Positions 1-11,620 of a stretch of DNA of 64,000 nt are shown here, in pieces (the stretch's first letter is position 1; each line of letters opens with the position of its first letter). Under the pieces are notes generated by a model. That model worked only from the letters and a program-made list of their open reading frames with translations. It did no database searches and had not been told where the DNA came from. The DNA is from Octopus sinensis (lineage: Eukaryota), in the NCBI RefSeq assembly GCF_006345805.1, contig NC_042998.1:198338001-198402000 (forward strand). The letters are read 5' to 3'. A program made the position numbers and the translations under genes.

Positions 1-749
1 CTTTCCCTCTAGGGAACGAAGGCGCATGTGTAGGTTGCAATGTCTTCTCTTCACTCGAATACTTCTGTGTATACGATGTTCCTAGCTGTCCCTTTGGGCG
101 AAAACACGAAAACATCATTGCGCCTCCCAAGAGAGTTAAAAAGGTCGAGTTGCGTCCCCTAGACAGTCTGTGGTTTGTGTTTAATACACAAATCGGTTTG
201 CTATGTGTGCCACATATGATTTAATTAACCGATTTTTTCCAGTAATAAAGTATCCTATTGGAATAAAAAGGGCCATATAGCTCCTCGGAGCAGACATGAT
301 GCTCGCTGTGAATTAAAAAAAAAATTCCTGCCAATTTGTGAAAGATATTGTCGAAAATATGTCATCTTGAATTTGAACGCGATTTCCCAAAATGGCATGA
401 TTTTATCGATTTTTTCTGATGGTAAGGTATTGCATGGAACGTCAGAATTAAGTTTCTTAGGGTAACATTAAGCTTCACCATGAGTTTGGTGAAAATCGAT
501 TGCAAGTTGCGAAAACTACAACAGAAAATGTGTTGCATATAAAAAGCTTAGATTCTCGACCCCATGTCGAATTTATTGATTTTTTTCAGAACTGGGGGAA
601 CTTTTCAAAATTTTCCCTGCGTTAGTTTTGAATTATGACATTGGGCTATGTGTGTGTCAAGTTTCATCAGAATCGGTTGAAAGCCATGGTCAGGGTGAGG
701 GTACAACCTGACAGACACACAGACAAACTGCCGTTTATATAGAGAGAGA
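1..749 (-). mobile_element. Putative non-autonomous Helitron-like element (5' end at 749, 3' end not seen)
   Basis: The minus strand begins A|TCTCTCTCTATATAAACGGCAGTTTGTCTG, nearly the same as the 5' end of the Helitron at 48498 (A|TCTCTATATATATAAACGGCAAAATGTCTG). No hairpin/CTAG|T end was found in the window. Confidence 0.45.
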
Positions 750-779
750 TATGTTGAAAAAAAGCATTTGCAGAGAAGC

Positions 780-2290
780 TACGGTCTATATGTAGATTAT
801 AGGGTTTCAAAAACGTGTGATACCCCTTTGTACATATTAATCATGTTAAAAGAAAGGGATACTAGATCCAGGAGACAATGAGGAAATTTTATATGCAGAA
901 TTACCAAATCCGGAAACGTAGTCGAAATTGCCGCTCAACGTGTGCTAACTGGTCTATGTGCTGGGGATAACTCCAACGTGTTATGCCTGGTTGTTGGCAA
1001 ATGTCGGAAATAATATGTTGAAGACTTTTCCCCTTACTTTTTGGAAAATACAATCCCAATGACTAACGGATATTTGAATTATAATCGTCTGAGTAATGGT
1101 TCAGATTTTAAAAGAAAGTAAATGTGAATTTAGATTACCGCTGGATCTTTTCGGTTTGAATGGCAGTATTTTGTAGCGGTGTCATATGAAATTGTCACCC
1201 ATAATTATGACCCTAGTATCGATCTATTGCATTTCAATCTGTTTTAGGGTTAGGGTTAGGGTTAGGGGTGGGGGGAAGGGTATCTTTTTTTTCTTCACAA
1301 ATGTAAATAAACCCAATCTGTTTCTTAAACGAGGGACATATTCATACGGCACAGAATGTTTTCACCTCAATAGACGTCATTGATTGGTTGAAATTGCAGA
1401 AATTGAAGAAAAAACAACAACAAATATCTTACAAACTATAGAATTTTCTCAATAAAGCCAAGAGAAAAAGATGTTTTATAAACACATTCTACCACTATAC
1501 GAAGTTTAAAAGTGTTTAGTTACGTGGAAATTATTTTAAAAAACTGCCGGTCAAACCGAAAAGATCCTAACCGCTTAGTAGTAGAATATTTACCAGATTT
1601 CAGTGTTAAATGCACAACAATGTAGAAGTATGTACAACTATTGGAGTGTTAAAATATATCAGTAAATATATTCCTAAATGTCAAGACTGTGTAAAAAGTA
1701 ATTATTACGGAAGAAACTACGCTCTAAAAAAAAAATTGAAGACGAAAGATGAAATTGCTAATTATATAAATGGCCGCTTTGTTTCAACGTTTGAGGCTTG
1801 ATGAAAATTTTACGATTTATATTCTCCTGCACAAATTCTCATGATTCAATCTATTTATTTTAATGGTGAAGAAACAGAACAGATTATCTAGCTGAATGGA
1901 CGAAAATTAACCATGAATCATCTGTTTCCTACAAAACGCATACTATCTTTTATCGTCATTTTCCAGAGAATTAGACAAGATAAAGTAGAAAAATGTGAAA
2001 TGATGGAAAAACTTACACCTGCTTCATTGGAATGATCGGAAACATTTCTATTTCAGTGCTTTGTTGCATCACATTCCAAAAGATGCGTTTGAAGGTATAA
2101 GTGTTATTAACGGGGATGTTTTTGCTACTGATAAAATAAAATAAGCTACAACCAAAATAGATTCAGCCAAGGATGATAGTGAACATTATCTAACAATGGA
2201 CGGTGTTCGTGTTCCTACGACACTGCATCAACTACGAAAACTTGTCTGCTCACTGCTCTTTGGTGGAATCTCAGAGTATAGGAATAAATA
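780..2290 (+). pseudogene. Decayed Helitron Rep (RepHel) coding relic, interrupted by a MITE
   Basis: Collinear Rep motifs across stops and frameshifts: GFQKRVIPL (cf. EFQKRGLPH), YAELPNPE, GLCAGDNSNVLCLVVGKCRK*Y, NGYLNYNR, HNNVEVC...KYISKY...DEIANYINGRFVSTFEA (ORF 1610-1801), LLHHIP..INGDVFAT. Confidence 0.8.
1143..1567. mobile_element. Merlin-like MITE, copy 1
   Basis: About 25-bp TIRs GGATCTTTTCGGTTTGA..GGCAGT; 8-bp TSD TTACCGCT/TAACCGCT (1 mismatch); internal (TTAGGG)4 at 1244-1267. Confidence 0.8.
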
Positions 2291-2298
2291 CTTTCGTG

Positions 2299-2730
2299 GG
2301 ATCTTTTCAGTTTGAACGGCAGTTTTTAACATAATTTCTAGGTAACTAAAAAAATTTTAAACTTCGTATACTGGTAGAATGTGTTTATAAAACATCTTTT
2401 TCTCTTGGCTTTATTGAGAAAATTCTATAGTTTGTAAGATATTTATTGTTTTTTTTCTTCAATCTCTGCAATTTCAACCAATCAATGACGTATTTGAAGT
2501 AAAAAAAACATTCTGTGCCGTATGAATATGTCCCTCGTTTATGAAACAGATTGGGTTTATTTACATTTGTGAAGAAAAAAAGATACCCTTCCCCCCACCA
2601 CTAACCATAACTCTAGCCCTAACCCTAAAATCGATTGAAATGCAATAGATCGATACTAGGGTCATAATTATGGGTGACAATTTCATATGACACTGCAAGA
2701 AAAAAACTGCTGTTCAAACCGAAAAGATCC
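2299..2730. mobile_element. Merlin-like MITE, copy 2 (inverted relative to copy 1)
   Basis: Same TIRs; perfect 8-bp TSD CTTTCGTG at 2291-2298 and 2731-2738; the internal sequence is the reverse complement of copy 1. Confidence 0.85.
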
Positions 2731-3082
2731 CTTTCGTGGGATGAAATGCATCTATTAAGGATAACTGAAATCTCCCATTCCATATGATAAAAGATTTGCT
2801 AAATTTGCAAAAGCTTCAAGTTATATAACGAGAAAATGAATCCATCTTCGTAATTATTCGCCCGTGACAACACAGAAGAGGACTTACGGAAAGATTTGCA
2901 CAGAAATATTTTAAGAAAATAAAGAGAAAAACAATTGCAGCGTGGAAGGTGTTTGTAAGCCATTTAATAAACGCACAAAAGCCGTTCGATTCACTTCAAC
3001 ATTTAAGTTTAATTTGTCAAAATATTTTCGTCGCTAAAATCGCGACCTGTTCACTGACAAAAATCCGTGCTGCATTTAATGA

Positions 3083-3210
3083 ATTCTGTTGTGTCTGGGG
3101 AGAGTCATTTTCTTTTTGTGCCTTATAATGTAACAAACTCACCGGTAAAATTTCCACTTCTTTCTTATTTTTCCTAAAATTTTCGTTGCGTCTTGCAATC
3201 TTTTCAATAG
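3083..3210. repeat. Dispersed repeat also present at 15140-15272 (family unassigned, possibly Penelope-related)
   Basis: Shared TTCTGTTGTGTCTGGGGAGA...CTCACCGGTAAAATTTCCACT...CCTAAAATTTTCGTTGCGTCTTGCAA. Confidence 0.7.
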
Positions 3211-3704
3211 CGAGACTAACGGCTACTTTGCCAGGAATAAAATAGTCAATTCCTGCTAACAAAGTATTAATAGTGGTATATTATTGACATCCATAGTTTT
3301 TTAGGGTTATTTATTTTATTGTGGTCTGGTGGTGGGTCCTTGAACATATTTCATTATCGTGTCATTGTATAACGTCTGTAAGAGCTGAAACTGCTGAAAC
3401 GATACAGTAGCAAGAGTTTGATCTGAAAAAGCCTTTGTTATTTCCAGGTGGCGAGAAGAACTCATTCCGCATTAAACTTTTCATTCAATCAAGTCGACAA
3501 TGTTACTGAGTGTAATATCCATCTACGATTAACTTTGCCCTTCATCTTCTCAGGGACAATAAAATAAAGTACAAATCAAATACTGAGGTCGATGGTATCA
3601 ACTTATCCGTCTCCTTAAAATTACTGGCGTAAACGAGAAACCATTGCTTAATATGAGTTACTGATGTTTCATTGTTACTATCTAGAAACATGGAATTGTT
3701 AATT

Positions 3705-4289
3705 AGCACGTCGGGCAATATACAAAGCGATATTTCGTCTGCCGCTACGCTCTGAGTTCAGATTCCGCCCGCCGAGGTCGACTTTGCCTTTCATCCTTTC
3801 GGGGTCGATTAAATAAGTACCAGTTACGCACTGGGGTCGACATAATCAACTTAATACCTATGTCTGTCCTTGTTTGTCCTCTCTATGTTCAGCCCCTTGT
3901 GGGCAATAAAGAAATAGGTATTTCGTCTGCCGTTACGTTCTGAGTTCAGATTCCGCCCGCCGAGGTCGACTTTGCCTTTCATCCTTTCGGAGTTGATTAA
4001 ATAAGTACCAGTTATGCACTGGGGTCGATATAATCGACTTAATCCGTTTGTCTGTCCTTGTTTGTCCCCTCTGTGTTTAGCCCCTTGTGAGTAGTAAAGA
4101 AATAGGTTTTTCGTCTGCCGTTACGTTCTGAGTTCAAATTCCGCCGAGGTCGACTTTGCCTTCCATCCTTTCGGGGTCGATAAAGTAAGCACCAGTTACG
4201 CACTGGGGTCGATGTAATTGACTTAATACCTATGTCTGTCCTTGTTTGTCCCCTCTGTGTTTAGCCCCTTGTGGGCAATAAAGAAATAA
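3705..4289 (+). mobile_element. Nin/Deu-domain-type SINE with three tandem 188-bp body units
   Basis: Units start at about 3730, 3918 and 4106. Each carries GAGGTCGACTTTGCCTTTCATCCTTTCGGGGTCGAT.AA.TAAGTACCAG and ends AAAGAAATA(G). Confidence 0.8.
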
Positions 4290-5388
4290 GAAACATTGGA
4301 TTGTTAAAAGATTTTATGTAAATTTGAAAGTCAACGCAAACCGGCAGAGTCGTTAAAGCATCGGACAAAATGACTCACAGTATTTGTTCCGACTCTCTGC
4401 GCGCAGAGTTCAAATTGCGCCCAAGTCGACTTAACCTTTTATCCTTTCGGAAGTTGATTAAACAAAATCAAGGCAACGGAATGACAGAACCCGTAGGAAC
4501 ATCAGACCAGACATCTTGCTGAATTTGTTCCGGCTCTTTGCATTTTCAATTTAAATACTGCTATGGCCTACAGAAGTGGAAAATTTAATCCGCCCTTCAG
4601 TTAAACAACAACACCTGACACTTTGGGTGCTTTTAGTAGATTCCACTGTGATGCAAGCATTTGGCCGTGTTTCCAGTCTGAGAAGATCTCCCCCCCTCTC
4701 TCTCTATGTATGTATGTCGCAAAGAGTTAAAGATACTGTTCGGATGCTGAGGAAGTTCCATCAGAGGACTGAAACTAGCCTATGCATATATACATACATA
4801 AATAAATAAATACATACACACGGAGACCAAGTGTTAAAACTGCAACAATTATATAATACAGTAGAAACATTGCACGAAAAGTGGAACGTCAAGACAAGCT
4901 AATTTCCATGTTTGTCTGTGCGTAACAACATTTGCGTTTCAGTTTAAGTTTTAAAATTTCAATTACAATTACAATTGTGTCACGTACGGCTAACAATTTA
5001 ATTAAAAATCTAAAGTATCGTAAATTAACCAATTAATATCATATATTTTTGTATGACTAAGTGCTACTTTATAGTAAAGACGTGTAGTATATAATTATAG
5101 TTATAACTTTATCTAAAAAAAAACATGACTGAGTTTTCATACTTTATAAATAAGGCTTAGTTTATTTACTAAAGAATCTAATCTCAACTCATCTTATTAA
5201 TCAAACAATTTATCCTATGTTTGCATTTAATTTTTCGTTCGTCACGGTCATTGAGCGATATTATTTTGGTTTTTAAGTTTTCCATAAATTCGTGATTACA
5301 CAACAGACAGTATGTATGTATGTATGTATGTATGTATGTATGTATGTATGTATGTATGAATGTATGTAAGAAATTCCTCCCTTTCTGT

Positions 5389-5444
<56 letters not shown>

Positions 5445-5554
5445 TTCTATGTATTTTCAGTAGCGAATAAATAATATGTGGAAATTGACAATTTAAAAGT
5501 CTGTTATCAGCATATTGGCAAAGAAATAATTTTCTTTAGCCCTTATTCATAAGT

Positions 5555-5587
<33 letters not shown>

Positions 5588-5599
5588 TTTTATTCTTCT

Positions 5600-5965
5600 T
5601 TTATGCGTTTCAGCCTAGCGTTATCACCATTTTAATGGTCATTCTTACGTGGTGATTGTGACTGGCTTTGGGTGAGGAAAGGAGGTTCGACATTGCTGCT
5701 CTCTTTTGAGTTTCTTGACTTGATGTAGGTTCACCGCGTATCTTGGATAGCAGGAGGTCGAGTTGTTTCAGGAACGCATTTACCGATACACCATGTAGAT
5801 CCCTCAGATGTTTAGACAAGGTATTAACTAGCCGTGGATCCTTGAATCCCGAGCTATTGCAGTACATGGTCCTCACTCTAGACGGGATAGCTGGGACCTT
5901 TGGAATAGTAAACTCACGTCCAGTGTGGGAACTGATATAGTTCTCGATGCCAAAGTGACACTTGA
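5600..5965 (-). mobile_element. 3' fragment of a non-LTR retrotransposon ORF2 (CR1/L2/Jockey-like)
   Basis: ORF 5610-5996 contains KVPAIPSRVRTMYCNSSGFKDPRLVNTLSKHLRDL...FLKQLDLLLSKI, typical of the post-RT C-terminus of LINE ORF2. Confidence 0.65.
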
Positions 5966-6910
5966 ATAAAATCTGTAAATAAATACAGATTATCATTTGT
6001 CAGTTTATTTCGACTGATTCAGAAATTAATATATCATACCCCCATGTGTTGCACATTTTTCAAGTACGACCATATCTTTCAGTTGGTCTTTTATTACAAA
6101 TAGAACCGCGAAGCACAAAGTTTGTAAAAGGTTTAATCTATTTGATTGAGTTGTTGTGTCATTGTCCTATTGGAAATCAGAGTAGACGATTTTGAAGAAT
6201 TTCACTCCGTTCAGTTGATGTGCTCTCATCGTGTTCGGGGCACCTGAAGATGATTGTAATGCGAGCGGGAAGATATAGTTCTCTAGGTAATGAATTAAAG
6301 AAAAAGAGAAAAAATAACGTTTTTGTTGGGGGTTTTTTTTCAGAGAGATGACCACACTAGTCTATAAAAGATGTAGGTATGTATGCGTATAGTAATACGT
6401 TGCTATATAAGAAAGAGTAAGTCTAGCGAAGGAAAAAGTACAAGCTTGCATTTGAAAAGTTATATGTATATATATACAATTCACAAGATTCGCCAGAATC
6501 ATCCAGCGAACACCCACCATTGGTCATCACAGTTGCTCAAGGTAAAAATGAATTCCTCGCTCTTTCAGGAACATCAATTTTTTATATTGACTGCATTCCA
6601 CCACTTTGATCTATTTTTTATATATCACCACCACGAACCACTGCATCATACACTTTAAACATATAGCATGAACGAACTCACTTCAAACTAAATATGAACT
6701 GTATGATGTCTGACTCCATTGTGTATTATAAATGAATTTCTTATATTTGATAGCATGAACTATCTTTTTTTATATATAACTTTTTTTGATAAGGTTCATT
6801 TCAGGAACTGAAACATGTTATAATGTATATATAAAAATTAAAAATTGTATAATATAGCAGCATTTTCGAACTTCATTTTTTACAAATATATATATATATA
6901 TATATATATA

Positions 6911-7090
6911 GTTGAAATTTACAGAAAAACAAAAGACGAAGACAGGTGTATAAACAACAAACGTGTATTAGTTTAACGCTCGGGAAGGTGAGAAAATCGT
7001 TTACGTTTCGAGCCTACGCTCTTCAACAGAAAGGAACACGATGAAATAAACAGAGAGAGAATAAAAAAAACTTTTGGAGCTAGCGGTCAA
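6911..7090 (-). mobile_element. Penelope-like pLTR fragment with a degenerate minimal hammerhead
   Basis: Minus strand 7002-7029 reads CTGTTGAA-GAGC-GTAG-GCTC-GAAACGTA; flanked by (TA)n. Confidence 0.5.
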
Positions 7091-7105
7091 ACATATATAC
7101 ATACA

Positions 7106-7182
<77 letters not shown>

Positions 7183-7580
7183 GCTATGTATTTTTTTCTA
7201 TAGAATCTTGCAGACTTCAAGCCACTCACTAACTAAGTGGCAAAGTTCTTTTCTTTAAATCAAGACAACTATTGAGGCTTGCAGGTATGCCGATTGGTTG
7301 ATGTATAGATGTGTGTATGTGTGTGTGTGTGTGTGTATACATTGTGCATATGTGAGTACTCCATGTGAATATGCGATTGTGTGCATGTGTTTACCAGGAT
7401 TCTCAAGTGGAAAATTCCTGAGATGTTTTGAAAATTGTTCACGGTAACTCTAATCTTGCGTATTTGGAGAATGCAAATCATTCTCCTCTGTTCTTTTCAG
7501 AGAAACCCGTTTTTTTTCCCCTAGGCTTCTATTCCTGTCTTTTGTTACATAACCAATCCACTGCACCGATGATAATAAGT

Positions 7581-7746
7581 AGGACTGGCTGTGTAGTAAG
7601 TAGCTTGCTTACCAACCACTTGGTTCCGGGTTCAGTCCCACTGTGTGGCACCTTGAGCAAGTGTCTTCTACTATAGCCTCAGGCCGACCAAAGCCTTGTG
7701 AGTGGATTTGCTAAACGGAAACTGAAAGAAGCTCGTCGTATATATG

Positions 7747-7820
<74 letters not shown>

Positions 7821-8006
7821 TTGTGTCTCCAACATCGCTTGACAACCGATGCTGGTGTATTTACGTCCCCGTAACTTAGCGGTTCGGCAAAAGTGACCGA
7901 TAGAATAAGTACTAGGCTTACAAAGAATAAGTCTTGGGGTCGATTTGCTCGGCTAAAGGTAGTGCTCCAGCATGGCCGCAGTCAAATGACTGAAACAAGT
8001 AAAAGA
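7581..8006 (+). mobile_element. tRNA-derived SINE family A, followed by (GA)n
   Basis: A/B-box-like head TGGCTGTG..GTAAG...GGTTCAGTCCC, body GCACCTTG.GCAAGTGTCTTCTACTATAGCC, internal (TG)n, tail GAAACAAGTAAAAGA. Confidence 0.8.
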
Positions 8007-8018
8007 GAAAAAAAAAGA

Positions 8019-8100
<82 letters not shown>

Positions 8101-8299
8101 CTGGATATAAACGCTGTAAGTTTCTTATTAGTTCTCCATTGATATCCTCTGGGCAACTGATCTCTACAACAGTGAATGACTTTTGCTCCTCGTCCTATAC
8201 GGCAATATCTGGCCTATTTATGCTTACATCGGGCGGATATTTGAAGACAAATGCTGATGATTTGAGTTATTTTTTCCGCACTGGTATGACACAATTTAA

Positions 8300-8881
8300 G
8301 GCGGCGAGCTGGCTGAAACGTTAGCACGCTGGGCGAAATGCTTAGCGGTATTTCGTCTACCGTTACGTTCTGAGGTCGACTTTGCCTTTTATCCTTTCGA
8401 GGTCGATAAATTAAGTACCAGTTACGCTCTGGGGTCGATGTAATCGACTTAATCCGTTCTTCTGTCCTTGTTTGTCCTCTCTGTGTTTAGCCTCTTGTGG
8501 GTAGTAAAGAAATAGGTATTTCGTTACCGTTACGTTCTGAGATCAAATTCCGCCGAGGTCGACTTTACCTTTCATCCTTTCGGGGTCGATGAATTAAGTA
8601 CCAGTTGCACACTGTGGTCGATGAAATCGACTTGATCCGTGTGGCTGTCCTTGTTTGTCCTCTCTGTGTTTAGCCCCTTGTGGGTAGTAAAGAAATAGGT
8701 ATTTCGTCTACCGTTACGTTCTGAGTTCAAATTCCGCCGAGGTTGACTTTGCCTTTCATCCTTTCGAGGTCGATAAATTAAGTACCAGTTACGCTCTGGG
8801 GTCGATATAATCGGCTTAATCTGTCTGTCTGTCCTTGTTTGTCTCCTCTGTGTTTAGCCCCTTGTGGGTAGTAAAGAAATA
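8300..8881 (+). mobile_element. Nin/Deu-domain-type SINE: one head plus three tandem body units
   Basis: Head GGCGGCGAGCTGGC.GAAACGTTAGCACGC; units start at about 8348, 8516 and 8699. Confidence 0.8.
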
Positions 8882-9124
8882 AGTATGGCTCAATTGACAT
8901 ATTCTGCCACAACATGGAAGCTTATATAAGAGGGAATGGAAAAATATGGAAAATGAAATACGACTTGAGATGAAATGAACTGGTAAGCGACGATTTATTT
9001 TCCGTTATGAAATACAATGATTGCCATACATGAAATAAAATAAATGTAACAGGTTACAACAAAGATGTATGAGAGACTTTATGGTTAGGCTGGACTTATC
9101 TCGTAGGCAAAGTTGACGTACCAT

Positions 9125-9520
9125 AGGCGCGGAAGTGGCTGTGTGGTAAGTAGCTTGCTTACCAACCACATGGTTCCGGGTTCAGTCCCACTGCGTGGCA
9201 CCTTGGGCAAGTGTCTTCTACTATAGCCTCGGGCTGACCAAAGCCTTGTGAGTGGATTTGGTAGGCGGAAACTGAAAGAAGCCCGTCGTATATATGTATG
9301 TATATATGTGTGTGTTTGTGTGTCTGTGTTTGTCCCCCTAGCATTGCTTGACAACCGATGCTGGTGTGTTTATGTCCCCGTAACTTAGCGGTTCGGCAAA
9401 AGAGACCGATTGAATAAGTACTGGGCTTACAAAGAATAAGTCTTGGGGTCGAGTTGCTCGACTAAAGGCGGTGCTCCAGCATGGCCGCAGTCAACTGACT
9501 GAAACAAGTAAAAGAGTAAA
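9125..9520 (+). mobile_element. tRNA-derived SINE family A
   Basis: Full-length match to the 7581-8006 copy. Confidence 0.8.
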
Positions 9521-9928
9521 GAGAGTACTGTTTGTTGGTTGTGTGATGTTCATACAGCAACGATGTAGGCAGGTGTCTAGTGTAGATGAAAGCGGAGACT
9601 GGCTGGTGTCAGATTCATCGTTGCCGGAGACGAGTTGCGTGTGCCAAAGACCTAGAGCAGTCGAGAACTGCCGTCTTTATAGAGAATAGTAGGCTCTCAG
9701 GAGCTGGTGATTAATTTCCTGCATGAAGAAAAAGTCAACTGTTGCGCCAACACGATTGGACGGCTGGGAACCGACCAATACAAACAACAGGTTCGTTTAA
9801 TCACGAGGTTATGTGACCTGCTGGAACAAAAAGGCTTGTGGAGTCGATATTTGGGTATTTAAGCTTTGATAACCCATAACGAAGACATCGCACACATAAG
9901 GACAGTGGATTATACAACTTGTGATACC

Positions 9929-10168
9929 TGTTGTTGTTATATATATATATATTGTATTGAGTATTAAAGGAAGTAGTGAGTACTTAGTATGAAAGATTAA
10001 GAAAATGAGAGAGACTGAAACAACGTGTTAACGATACAAGATACTTTATTCGACTGCCGTTGTTGTACAAGTTAATTGTTTTGGCGGGAAACAAAGTGAA
10101 AGTCCTTTTATCAAGGGAGACAATGGGCGACGTTGATTGTTCATGTTTGTTGTGATGATTATATAACA
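9929..10168 (-). repeat. 3' LTR of the Gypsy element
   Basis: 240 bp, no difference from 14231-14470 seen by eye; contains AATAAA on the minus strand. Confidence 0.97.
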
Positions 10169-10186
10169 TCTTCCTTTTTTTTTTTT
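10169..10186 (-). other. Polypurine tract
   Basis: AAAAAAAAAAAAGGAAGA immediately before the TG of the 3' LTR. Confidence 0.85.
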
Positions 10187-10207
10187 ATATTTATTTTTTT
10201 TTTATTA

Positions 10208-11494
10208 TCATCTGTATCTACAGGGAATAATTATTCGTCGTCCACTTTTTGTGGTTTTATTATTTTGTAGTGTTGAATTCTGTAGTTGTGCTGTTTTTGT
10301 TTTTTCATGCGTGTTTGTTGACTTTGGAAATATATTTTCATAATCTAATTCTTCTGTTATGCGAACGTGTTCGTTTGTTTTAAGAATATGTTGTCTATTT
10401 CGTTTGACTGTATTTCCTTCCTCTGTTATTACTAAGTATGAACGAGGTTGCTCTAGTTTTTTAATTATTTTGCCCCTTCTAAACCAATTGTTGTTAAACT
10501 TAATTCTAACCGTGTCGTGTGGTTTTAACTCTGGGAGTTCTGTTGTAATGTTTGATTTCTTCTTTTCGTGAGGCCTGATACCAATTTTGTCGTGTAGTAT
10601 GTTTGGGAGATTTGTTCGCAATGTTCTATTCATTATTTGATTTGCAGGGGATGGTGCACCATTTTGTAATTTAGTCGTGCGTAATGCTAAGAGCGCTAAC
10701 TGAGGTTCTTCGTCACTTTTGAATGCCTTTTTTAGCGTCTTTTTTATTGTCTGTATATTTCTCTCAACCATGCCATTCGCTTGATGATAATGCGGGCTTG
10801 TCTTCGTGTGATGAAAATGCCAATTTTTTGCAAATATTTTGAATTCAGCCGAATTGAATTCTGGACCGTTATCACTTACAACTGTTTGCGGAATTCCGAA
10901 TTTAGCAAAAGTTTTTTTTAATTTTTTGATTACGGTTTTTGACTGGCAATCATTTATTTCGTGTAGATCAAAAAATCTTGTTGTATAGTCAATAATTGTG
11001 ACATACGAATTTCCAGACAGGTGAAATACGTCTGTACCCACTTTGGTCCATGGTGTAGTAGGTATTTCGTGATTTATTAGTGGTTCGGCTGCTTGTTGAT
11101 TTTTGTAGTCAATGCAGTATGAGCATGTGTTAATCATGGCTTTGATTTGAGCGTTAATGCCGGGCCAGTATATACATTCCTTCGCTCTCTCTATGCATTT
11201 TTCGATACCCATGTGTCCGGTATGTATTTCCTGTAGAGCTTCTCTACGTAATGACTTAGGCACAATTATTCTTGAACCTTTTAGAACGAGACCATTGACG
11301 ATTGATATTTCATCACGAACGGATACGAATGGTTTGATGTTTATTGGTATTTTGTCTTTTGGGGGCCATTCTGTTCTTGTATATGTGACGAGTGTCTGTA
11401 GAGACGGGTCGTCTGCAGTGGCTTCTTTATACTCTTTTAATTTAGTGTCGGTTATGGGGTAATTTTTTATTACTGCATGAATGTGCGATTTCAT
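10208..11494 (-). CDS. Gypsy integrase portion of Pol (in frame with the upstream ORF; the frame is open from 11620)
   Basis: HHCC zinc domain HTGHMG..TCSYC; DDE core GTDVF/VSDNGPEF/NGMVER; C-terminal TKSGR..P.RY. 11620-11495 translates as FLLTLQRYDFDLNHIPGKESIVADTLSRAYL (end of RNase H). Confidence 0.92.
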   Translation of the reverse strand: MKSHIHAVIKNYPITDTKLKEYKEATADDPSLQTLVTYTRTEWPPKDKIPINIKPFVSVRDEISIVNGLVLKGSRIIVPKSLRREALQEIHTGHMGIEKCIERAKECIYWPGINAQIKAMINTCSYCIDYKNQQAAEPLINHEIPTTPWTKVGTDVFHLSGNSYVTIIDYTTRFFDLHEINDCQSKTVIKKLKKTFAKFGIPQTVVSDNGPEFNSAEFKIFAKNWHFHHTKTSPHYHQANGMVERNIQTIKKTLKKAFKSDEEPQLALLALRTTKLQNGAPSPANQIMNRTLRTNLPNILHDKIGIRPHEKKKSNITTELPELKPHDTVRIKFNNNWFRRGKIIKKLEQPRSYLVITEEGNTVKRNRQHILKTNEHVRITEELDYENIFPKSTNTHEKTKTAQLQNSTLQNNKTTKSGRRIIIPCRYR

Positions 11495-11620
11495 ATCTTC
11501 GTCTGGTACTTCTGGAGTATTTTGCTCAAGGTATGCACGTGATAGGGTATCTGCAACAATTGATTCTTTACCAGGTATGTGGTTTAGGTCAAAATCATAT
11601 CTTTGTAATGTTAGTAGAAA

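Noticed and set aside
1244-1267. (TTAGGG)4 as a telomere or chromosome-fusion scar
   Set aside because: It is internal to a multi-copy MITE with TIRs and a TSD.
6488-6541. Possible 54-nt plus-strand exon (DSPESSSEHPPLVITVAQ)
   Set aside because: AG/GT boundaries exist, but the pyrimidine tract is poor and there are no partner exons or recognisable homology.
9125-9200. tRNA-like sequences (also about 17650-17725, 32680-32754, 8300-8350)
   Set aside because: These are A/B-box heads of SINEs continuing into SINE bodies; no complete cloverleaf with a paired acceptor stem was seen.
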